Positions 40,224-49,646 are shown, counted from the first letter of the stretch. The stretch is 64,000 bases of DNA from Trueperaceae bacterium (GCA_034521815.1 JAXHLW010000013.1:1120001-1184000), one strand, 5' to 3'. Numbers and translations are program-made. Notes: generated by a model not told the origin, from the sequence alone.

Positions 40224-40778
40224 ATGTCGCAAAGCACGTTAGGCGTCCACGTCCACTCGTCGCATCCAGCGTTCCTGAGTCTGATCCAGGAGGTGATGGA
40301 GCGACCGGACGTGGAGCCCCACGGAACGGGAGAGTCGGGCGTCGCGCACGTCTTGCTCGACTTCCCGCTCACGTGGACTCTTTATCAGCTCGAGCGTCTC
40401 GATAGCATCGATCGTGCTCGCACCCTCATCGTCACGCAAGCGACGCATCCTGCCTACCTCGATTGCCTCGCGAGCTACCACGTCAGCGGCGTCGCGACGA
40501 CCACGGACTCTCACGGCATCATCGCCGGTCTCTACGCAGCGGCGTCAGCGCAGCGCAGCTACCATTACCGCTCACCGTTGACGTTCATGGAGCTCCGTGT
40601 GGTCCGCCTGCTTCTGATGGGGTACGACACGCAGCGCGCAGCGAAGGATCTGGGCGTCTCGTACAAGACGGTGAACGCGCACGTCTCGAACGCGCTCTGC
40701 AAGCTGGGTTACGACAACCGAGCCCAGCTCGTCGTCCACCTGATGGGCGTCGATCCCGACTCCGACATCTTCGGCTGA
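40224..40778 (+). CDS. LuxR/NarL-type HTH regulator with an atypical (pseudo-)receiver N-terminus
   Basis: C-terminal LTFMELRVVRLLLMGYDTQRAAKDLGVSYKTVNAHVSNALCKLGYDNRAQL is a LuxR HTH; VLLDFP resembles a receiver beta3-Asp; GGAGGAGG RBS. Confidence 0.85.
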   Translation: MSQSTLGVHVHSSHPAFLSLIQEVMERPDVEPHGTGESGVAHVLLDFPLTWTLYQLERLDSIDRARTLIVTQATHPAYLDCLASYHVSGVATTTDSHGIIAGLYAAASAQRSYHYRSPLTFMELRVVRLLLMGYDTQRAAKDLGVSYKTVNAHVSNALCKLGYDNRAQLVVHLMGVDPDSDIFG

Positions 40779-40779
40779 G

Positions 40780-43266
40780 TCAGAGCCCCCACTCTCCGCG
40801 AATCCGGCGTACACGAGCTCGAATGAGCGGGTACGCCGGATCATCTTTGGGCGTGAGGTCCTTGGCCGCTTCCCACAGCTCGAGGTCCTCCGGGAACTTC
40901 CGGGCCAAGCGCACCGCCAGGTCCGCCTCGCCCGCGTGCATCACAGCCTGTCGAACGGCTTCGTCGATACGCTCGCGCGCTCGAATCACACCCGGCGCCT
41001 CCGACTCGGGTAGCAACGGTCCCTTGTACAACTCCAGTGCCTGGCGGGTATCCCCCGCGGCAAGGCAGGTTTCGAGGTCGACGGCGTCAACGTAGGGAGC
41101 CACGGCAAACCTATAAGGAATTGACTGAATATCGATGATCTGTCGAGCCCGCGAGACTGTCGCCTTTAGGGTACTCATTTGGCCCATCTCACCGTAAAGC
41201 TCGTACAGGAGTGCCTCGCCATTCAACCCCTCTGGATGCATTGCCAGGATGACGAATAGCTCGGCAAATCGCAAACTCAACCTGCGGCGGTTTCCTTGCT
41301 CCTCGAGGAGGCGGCTTCCGAAAACATTCAGGCGCACACGGTGCCCTGAACCTGACCCCACTAGTCGTTGAAGGCGGTCTACGTCGGCGTCCGGAGGCGC
41401 GAGGAGCACCCAACCGCTCCGCCCTAGACCAATAAGCACCTCAGAGTGCCCCAGCAGAAGACTATGTGCCAGACGTTCATTGCCACTTCGGAGCTCGTTC
41501 GCTGCAGCAGCGATCGTCAACTCCGCACGGAGTACAGCATCCGAAGCCACGAGTTGCTCCGAGAGCAACTCGCTCACGACCCTACGGTCCAGAGAGCCTC
41601 GCGCGGCTTTGATGAGTACGTCGGCTGCTCGAAGCCCAATCTTCTCGCTTTCATCCGAATGCCCAGCTAGTTCCTCTGCCACGGCCAGAGCAGTCGCCGC
41701 CTCGTCGAAGCGCCTCTGATGCAACAAGCCACGGACGAAATGCCGAGCCGCATAGCCTGGTAGTTGCGAAGAAAACTGACGGTAGAGCGACTCGTAATAG
41801 CGAGTTGCTTCCGCCGGACGTCCATTGACTAGCGCGTAGTCACCAAAGGTCGATACCAGGCCCTCGAGGGTTGGGGGCAGACCCACATCAACGCTGATCT
41901 GCACCCGTTTCAGTTGCTCTTCGCCAGCCTCGATATCGCCCACGAGCAACTGTGCGTAGGTCAGAAGATTGATGCTGGACAGGCGAAGCAGTTCCTCGCG
42001 AATGTCCCACTTCCTCAAGTCTTCGAGACTCTTCCTCGCCCAAAGTATTGCTCGGCGATACTCACCCAATTGAACATAGACCGATCCGATGCTGTTTGAG
42101 AGCTGGATGGATCGATGGTGCCTTCGCGCTTTGCGATACCCGTCAAAAGCCTCCTTGAACAGCGAGATGCCTTGAGTCAGATCACCCATCACAACATTCA
42201 AAAATCCGACGGCCGCAACAGTCTCGGGTGTTCGCGCGACGCTCATCGCGCGTTGCGCAATGGACATCGCCTCTTTGGGCCGAACGACTGACGCATATGC
42301 GGCTGAAAGGGCTGGGGCTTCTCGAGCGTACTTTTCAAGATACGCAGCCACCTGGTCTTGGATTTCGCTCTGTTCACCGAGACCGGCGTACGCTTGGAAC
42401 CACCAGTATCTGGCAACGGGATGCCTTGGAAAATCAATAACAAGCCGCGTTAGGAGATGCTTGAATCTTAAGACCTGTCCCTGTGCGAAGTACGCTTCTC
42501 CCACGTCATCAAGCATCTCAAGCGATTGGCTGTTGCTGAGACGAACCGCATCCTCGAACGCATTCGTAAGCTCGGCTTGGGACAAAACCGGAGGTACGTC
42601 TTCGACCCGTCGGCGGGAAGACAATCGAGCTGCACGAGCATTTTCCGATTGACCGCGTAGGGACGAAAGGTTCATGCCGTCTGAGTGTGATTGTAAGAAA
42701 TGCTCGTATGGCACGCCTGCGACCGCCGCGTTGTCGCCCAAGAGCTGTTGATTAACCCCTTCGTCAGCACCTGTCATTTCACGAACCTCAGCTGGCGTGA
42801 CCTCAAGGTCTTTCTCGGTCATTACGTCACCTGAGAAATCAGCAACGAGGCTACGCCATTCCTTTGTCTCGCCTGACCCGGCGACTGCAACCTTCAATCT
42901 GAATCGAGATCTTATCGACGTGACAACGGCGGCTCGGCAAAAAGCTGCGTTGTGGTCGCCATCGTTTACAAGAAGGAATAGAGGCCCCAGTTCTTCTGAA
43001 AGGCCCACGAGGTAGTTCAGTGCATACGAGTAAGGCATGCCGGTGCCGAACAAGGTCGCGCCCACAGACTCACGGACGGCACGGCTCAACTTGTTGCCGA
43101 TGGCGACTGAATCATCGCCCGCTTCAAGGGTGATCCAGATGAACGACGTAGATGCACCAGCAATTTCCTCAAAGACATACGACAGACCAAACTCCGGACG
43201 AGCATCGACAATCGTTGACGTCGATCGGAACACAATGGCTTTCGTCTGTCTTTCAAACCAGCCCAA
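40780..43266 (-). CDS. Large TPR-containing transcriptional regulator (degenerate MalT-like N-terminus, TPR core, C-terminal winged HTH + BTAD-like region)
   Basis: Long ORF in a low-GC block. Helical TPR-like repeats (NSIGSVYVQLGEYRRAILWARKSLE; TFGDYALVNGRPAEATRYYE). C-terminal LSLRFAELFVILAMHPEGLNGEALLYELYG..TLKATVSRAR..PYRF and ALELYKGPLLPESEAPGV. Start set at TTG 43266 (GGGAG 7 nt upstream); the ORF is open to 43323. Confidence 0.8.
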   Translation of the reverse strand: MGWFERQTKAIVFRSTSTIVDARPEFGLSYVFEEIAGASTSFIWITLEAGDDSVAIGNKLSRAVRESVGATLFGTGMPYSYALNYLVGLSEELGPLFLLVNDGDHNAAFCRAAVVTSIRSRFRLKVAVAGSGETKEWRSLVADFSGDVMTEKDLEVTPAEVREMTGADEGVNQQLLGDNAAVAGVPYEHFLQSHSDGMNLSSLRGQSENARAARLSSRRRVEDVPPVLSQAELTNAFEDAVRLSNSQSLEMLDDVGEAYFAQGQVLRFKHLLTRLVIDFPRHPVARYWWFQAYAGLGEQSEIQDQVAAYLEKYAREAPALSAAYASVVRPKEAMSIAQRAMSVARTPETVAAVGFLNVVMGDLTQGISLFKEAFDGYRKARRHHRSIQLSNSIGSVYVQLGEYRRAILWARKSLEDLRKWDIREELLRLSSINLLTYAQLLVGDIEAGEEQLKRVQISVDVGLPPTLEGLVSTFGDYALVNGRPAEATRYYESLYRQFSSQLPGYAARHFVRGLLHQRRFDEAATALAVAEELAGHSDESEKIGLRAADVLIKAARGSLDRRVVSELLSEQLVASDAVLRAELTIAAAANELRSGNERLAHSLLLGHSEVLIGLGRSGWVLLAPPDADVDRLQRLVGSGSGHRVRLNVFGSRLLEEQGNRRRLSLRFAELFVILAMHPEGLNGEALLYELYGEMGQMSTLKATVSRARQIIDIQSIPYRFAVAPYVDAVDLETCLAAGDTRQALELYKGPLLPESEAPGVIRARERIDEAVRQAVMHAGEADLAVRLARKFPEDLELWEAAKDLTPKDDPAYPLIRARVRRIRGEWGL

Positions 43267-43373
43267 TGCGATTCTCCCGTGTTGTCGGTGACACGAAGAG
43301 CCGGTCCACGTGGCCGACGGCAACTAGGATGTCGGCTACACATACGCCGGTTTCGTTCGACATGCTCGCCTTA

Positions 43374-43392
43374 AGTATATTTGCCAGCAAAT
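43374..43392 (-). promoter_or_regulatory. Putative -10 box (TATACT) abutted by palindrome ATTTGC-N2-GCAAAT upstream of the TPR regulator
   Basis: Plus strand agtata (43374-79) and atttgccagcaaat (43379-92). Confidence 0.45.
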
Positions 43393-43586
43393 GCAGGGTG
43401 AGCCACTCTAATGATTTGCCGACATGTTGTGCGATATGAACCCCGTGTCTCGAACACTGGCGCCGGCGAAAAACTTCATAATCGATCACATGGTCGCTGT
43501 GGAGCACCCATCTCGTACATCGAGCGTCAGACTGGGACAGATTGAAGCCTTCGTACAATGGGGTTCCGACACTCATGCTCACACAA

Positions 43587-43620
43587 TTAAGCGGGCCCGC
43601 AATCAATGCGGACCCGCTCA
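43587..43620 (-). terminator. Strong hairpin downstream of the small peptide gene
   Basis: Minus strand UGAGCGGGUCCGCA-uugau-UGCGGGCCCGCUUA followed by AUUGUGU. G-U pairs fit minus-strand transcription; starts 17 nt after the peptide stop. Confidence 0.7.
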
Positions 43621-43637
43621 GTCAGTTTGCCGGAGAG

Positions 43638-43739
43638 TTAGCGCTGCGAAAGATGAACGCCCGCGAGAACCATCAACGGAACGTTAACAACAGCAACGAA
43701 GAGTGCAGTAGCGAAGATGCGCTTTCCAGTGTTCTTCAT
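43638..43739 (-). CDS. Small secreted pro-peptide, 33 aa: MKNTGKRIFATALFVAVVNVPLMVLA-GVHLSQR
   Basis: Translated by hand (below the ORF-track cutoff): ATG 43739 to TAA 43638, AGAGGA/GGGA upstream. Basic n-region, hydrophobic h-region, VLA|G cleavage-like site, followed by a terminator-like hairpin. Confidence 0.75.
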   Translation of the reverse strand: MKNTGKRIFATALFVAVVNVPLMVLAGVHLSQR

Positions 43740-43783
43740 TTTGTCCCATCCTCTTCTTGCACCCAGTACAGGTGCACAAGCAC

Positions 43784-43993
43784 CGTCCCAGGCCTCCCAA
43801 CCTGTTCTCGGACGATGTTGTTGGGGTCTCCCAACCCCAACGCTCTGGGTGATTAAACACCCACTTCTGACCGGTTTTGCTTAGGTTGTGGCTATCGAAC
43901 CTCTCCCAAGCTCCCGATCTCTTCCGAATACGGCGGTGACAACCACCGTTACGTTGGGGGCCTCCCAACCCTTGTTCCAACGTGATCGGAAAG
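43784..43993 (+). ncRNA. Putative structured non-coding element with repeated YCUCCCAA-loop hairpins
   Basis: CTCCCAA at 43794, 43828, 43903 and 43962, at least three of them enclosed by stems; G-U pairs favour the + strand. Confidence 0.5.
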
Positions 43994-44153
43994 TAGCACG
44001 CGATGCTTGAAAGCGTCAAGAGAAAAAGCGAACAGGCTCAAGGCCGCCATTTTCTCCGCACCGAACCCGAGTCAACTCCGTTGACGTATCGTGTGCGGCA
44101 TGGCGGAGGACAGCCACATCAGAAGTCGCGTTGAAGAAGTTCACCCTGGAGCC

Positions 44154-45326
44154 ATGCTTGAAAGCGTCGTCCAAGGGTGGGTATACCTCGAAGACTTCGA
44201 TAGAGGTATTGAAGCCTATCGCCACATTGAAACGCCGACAGCCGACGACGATCGATGGCTTGGCGTCTGTCATTTCCAACGCGTTGAAGATGCTCTTGCA
44301 CAGCAAGCATTCGAAAGAGCGATTACAAAAGGGCAGCAGGCGGCCAGAGTCAACCTCGCGCATCTGCTTAGAATGTCAGATCGTGCCGATCGCGCGACCG
44401 ATGAACTTCAGAATGTGGATTTCGCCCGGTTGACCCCATACGATCAGGTCTTTTTCCTTCGCGTGAAGAGTATCCACGAAGAGACAAACGGGAACCTTCG
44501 CGAAGCACTTCGCTTCTCTGAAGAGGCGTGGCGAAGGCTTCAAGGCATTCCAGAGTTCTCGATCCTCGCGCCATCCATTCTGTCTCAACTGGGAATTCTT
44601 CACGGGCGTATAGGTCGTGCCCAACGGGCCATATGGTTTCTCGAGCGAGGCATTCAACTGACCTCTGGCCTCCAACAACTCAAGGCTCGCATTCGTTGGG
44701 CAACGGTCTTGGTAGCGCAAGGTCGAACCGCTGATGCCACTGAGGCGCTGGCCAACGTAGATCCATCCATGATTCCGGAACCAATGACAGTCGAAGTCGA
44801 GTGGCTTAAGGCTGAAATCGCTTGGTTACTTGGAAACAGCGAAGACGCCCTGCAGCGCTACGCCGTCGCCATCGCCGTCGCTCAGCGCCATAATGTGGTC
44901 TACGAAGAGTTCCTTTGTCAGTTAGCCCTTTCAACCATCTTTGCGTTCCGGGGTGAAGATGCTTTGGCAACCGAGCACCTACAAAGAGCACAAGGGCTTG
45001 TAAGTGATCGCTCTGACCAACTGACGTATCGGTTTCGCGAGATACTCATCTTCTCGGCAATTGGGCTGTACAGAGACGATCATGCCATCCGAGAGTTGCT
45101 TGAGACCTCAGAAGCCTTTGGCGATATGGGCTTACTTCAAGAACAAGGATTCGTTCGCTTTCACATATGCCATCTCAAGAAACGAAGTGGCGACAGTTCC
45201 TATACAGAGGAGCTTGACGCTATATATCTACTCGCTAAGAGTCTTCAGAACCCAGCTTTTCTTGAACGTGAGCTTCGGCTCGTTCCCACGATGAAAGATG
45301 TCATCGAAATGGAGCTCCCAGCCTAG
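44154..45326 (+). CDS. TPR-only protein (~390 aa, no DNA-binding domain evident)
   Basis: Repeated TPR-like helices (ILSQLGILHGRIGRAQRAIWFLERGIQL; WLKAEIAWLLGNSEDALQRYAVAIAVA). Start uncertain (44091, 44100 or 44154). Confidence 0.8.
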   Translation: MLESVVQGWVYLEDFDRGIEAYRHIETPTADDDRWLGVCHFQRVEDALAQQAFERAITKGQQAARVNLAHLLRMSDRADRATDELQNVDFARLTPYDQVFFLRVKSIHEETNGNLREALRFSEEAWRRLQGIPEFSILAPSILSQLGILHGRIGRAQRAIWFLERGIQLTSGLQQLKARIRWATVLVAQGRTADATEALANVDPSMIPEPMTVEVEWLKAEIAWLLGNSEDALQRYAVAIAVAQRHNVVYEEFLCQLALSTIFAFRGEDALATEHLQRAQGLVSDRSDQLTYRFREILIFSAIGLYRDDHAIRELLETSEAFGDMGLLQEQGFVRFHICHLKKRSGDSSYTEELDAIYLLAKSLQNPAFLERELRLVPTMKDVIEMELPA

Positions 45327-45395
45327 CTCCGGTAGCACTACCCGTTACGTGGTCAGGGTAAGAACTTTGTAAGACCCCATCGATACACTCAAGTC

Positions 45396-45492
45396 GTGGA
45401 TTCGAGGTGACTCTCCCCTTGTCATCGCCTCGCTCCCATTCTCTTCCGAACGGCGGACCCCGTACCTCCCATACGGGGTTCGCGCCTTTTGT
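45396..45492 (+). ncRNA. Putative ~95-nt sRNA with C-rich loops ending in an intrinsic terminator
   Basis: TACACT (45384-89) just upstream; hairpin CGAGGTGAC-tctcccctt-GTCATCGCCTCG; hairpin GGACCCCGTA-cctccca-TACGGGGTTC followed by GCGCCTTTTGT. Confidence 0.5.
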
Positions 45493-45579
45493 GCCACAGA
45501 CATGATTCTCGTGCCCGCCAGGTGTCGACGGGCCGCGCCGAGCCCAGGCTGGCCCTCGTCCGCCTCTCGGCCGCGTTCC

Positions 45580-45609
45580 TTGCGGTCGGGTCGCGATTTG
45601 TGGTTTAAT
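45580..45609 (+). promoter_or_regulatory. Putative rpsA promoter
   Basis: TTGCGG - 18 nt - TTTAAT with TG extension (TGGTTTAAT). Confidence 0.5.
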
Positions 45610-45652
45610 CGATATTTGCGTAAGCATCCCACGCTAGGAGGACCCCCTTTTC

Positions 45653-47872
<2,220 letters not shown>

Positions 47873-48033
47873 GGCTCCTCGGGGCTTCCGAGCTCCCGTC
47901 GCAGCGAGGCTGACGGCCTCCGAGGCGACATCGCACGACCCGCACCGCAACGACCCGCACCGCAATGATGCGTCCCGCCGAAAGAATCGGCGGGACGCGT
48001 CGTTCACTCCATCGAGGGTCCGTGCGGCTCGCA

Positions 48034-48984
48034 TCACATCCGGCGCAAGCGATCGATCCTCTCCTGAATCGGTGGATGCGTCGACCACCACCCCGTGGCG
48101 TTCAAGCGAGCGATGGGATTGACGATGAACATGTGTCGTACGCCCTCGCTGGCCTGCAGCGGTGCGCCACCGTAGTCGCGGAGCTTCGTGAGCGCCCGCG
48201 CCAAACCTTCGGGATTCCGAGTGATGTAGGCGCCGGTCGCGTCGGCGAGGTACTCGCGTCGCCTGCTGACGGCGAAATGCAGCAGGGTCGCCATGATCGG
48301 CGCGACGACCATCAACACCAGGACGGCGATCATCGCGAACACCTGTCCACGTCCCCCTCCCGACGAACGCCGGCGACCGAAGCGCATCCAGCGCCAGACC
48401 AGGTCACGGAGAACCACGATCGCGCCGACGGTGGCCGCCAACAACGACATGAAGCGAATATCGTAGTTCCTGACGTGGGCCATCTCATGCGCCACCACGC
48501 CTTCGAGCTCCTGTCGATCCAACAGGTCGAGCAAACCCGTCGTCACAGCGATCGCAGCCTTCGAAGGATTCCGCCCGGTCGCGAACGCGTTCGGTGCCGG
48601 ATCGTCGATCACGAACACGCGGGGCGTCGGGACGCCCGCGCCGATCGCGACCGCCTCCGCGACGTTCACCAGGTAGCGCTGCTCCTCACGGCTCGCACGG
48701 CGCGCCCCGGCCGCCGCCAAGGCGATTCGGTCGCTGTACGCCCACGCCACGGCGCTTTGAACCCCCGCCACGCCCACGGCCACCGCCACGAACACGCCGG
48801 CCCCCGCCGGATCGAACGCGAGGGCCAGCAACCACCCGATCAGTGCGAGGATCGCCGCGAGCGCCAGGAACAGCAGCCACGATGCCCTCTGGTTCGCGGT
48901 CCGCGTCGCGTACAGGTCGATGCGACGCCCGGTCACGTGATCGGTGATCACGTCCGGGACGCGCGACGCTCCGGGCTTGGTCAC
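48034..48984 (-). CDS. htpX: M48 family membrane zinc protease
   Basis: PNAFATGR, ELEGVVAHEMAHV, SRRREYLADA, STHPPIQERI. Confidence 0.92.
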   Translation of the reverse strand: MTKPGASRVPDVITDHVTGRRIDLYATRTANQRASWLLFLALAAILALIGWLLALAFDPAGAGVFVAVAVGVAGVQSAVAWAYSDRIALAAAGARRASREEQRYLVNVAEAVAIGAGVPTPRVFVIDDPAPNAFATGRNPSKAAIAVTTGLLDLLDRQELEGVVAHEMAHVRNYDIRFMSLLAATVGAIVVLRDLVWRWMRFGRRRSSGGGRGQVFAMIAVLVLMVVAPIMATLLHFAVSRRREYLADATGAYITRNPEGLARALTKLRDYGGAPLQASEGVRHMFIVNPIARLNATGWWSTHPPIQERIDRLRRM

Positions 48985-48992
48985 GGCTCAGC

Positions 48993-49544
48993 TCAAGCGA
49001 ACGAGACCTGGGGCGTCTCGCGGTCGCCTTCGGCGATCTCCAGAAAGACGTGCTCCTTCTTGCCCATCGGACCCGCGATGAACACGCCGGGCACCGTCTC
49101 GATCGCATTGTTGAACTGAAGCACCGCGTCGTTGTAGAACTGCCTGGCGTACGCGATCTTGTTCTCCACCGCCGACAGCTCTTCCTGCAACAGCTTGAAG
49201 TTCTCGTTGGCCTTGAGATCCGGGTACGCCTCGCTGATCGCGAACAGCCGACCCAACGCCTGGCTCATCATGTTCGCCGCTTCGGCGCCCTCGTCGGGCG
49301 TCTGGGCGTTCATCATCGCTTGGCGCGAGCGCGCGACCTGCTCGAACACGCCTTTCTCGTGCGACGCGTAGCCTTTGACCGTCTCGACCAGGTTCGGAAC
49401 GAGGTCCGCCCGACGCTTGAGCTGGACGTCGATCTGGCTCCACGCGTTCTCGAACCGATTCTCCAGCGTGATGATTCGGTTGTAGATGGCGACGATGAAC
49501 GCGACGATCGCCGCCAGCACGACCAGTGTGATCAAGAATCCCAT
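48993..49544 (-). CDS. lemA: LemA family protein
   Basis: NAWSQIDVQLKRRADLVPNLVETVKGYASHE, EAYPDLKANENF..LQEEL...ENKIAYARQFYN. Confidence 0.95.
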   Translation of the reverse strand: MGFLITLVVLAAIVAFIVAIYNRIITLENRFENAWSQIDVQLKRRADLVPNLVETVKGYASHEKGVFEQVARSRQAMMNAQTPDEGAEAANMMSQALGRLFAISEAYPDLKANENFKLLQEELSAVENKIAYARQFYNDAVLQFNNAIETVPGVFIAGPMGKKEHVFLEIAEGDRETPQVSFA

Positions 49545-49646
49545 GACGACCTCCTGACCGACAGTCTATGACGTCGAGAGTCGACGCGGCTGTATGGATT
49601 CCTGCGCGAGCGAGCTCCGTCGGCAACGAGCTCCGTCAAGGGCGTC

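Noticed and set aside
43253-43606. 117-aa ORF as a possible frameshifted N-terminus of the TPR regulator
   Set aside because: Starts inside the terminator-like hairpin, has no recognisable motif, and the regulator has its own RBS + TTG at 43266.
43784-43993. CRISPR mini-array interpretation of the CTCCCAA repeats
   Set aside because: Shared units are only about 7-17 bp, spacing is irregular (34, 75, 59 bp), and there are no cas genes.
43684-44019. 111-aa Cys-rich minus-strand ORF ending in CCC, superficially RiPP- or metallothionein-like
   Set aside because: Overlaps the better-supported signal-peptide ORF in another frame and the hairpin array; no modification enzymes nearby.
40100-45500. 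Prophage, IS or integrative element as the explanation for the low-GC block
   Set aside because: No integrase, transposase, phage gene, tRNA or clear att/target duplication seen.
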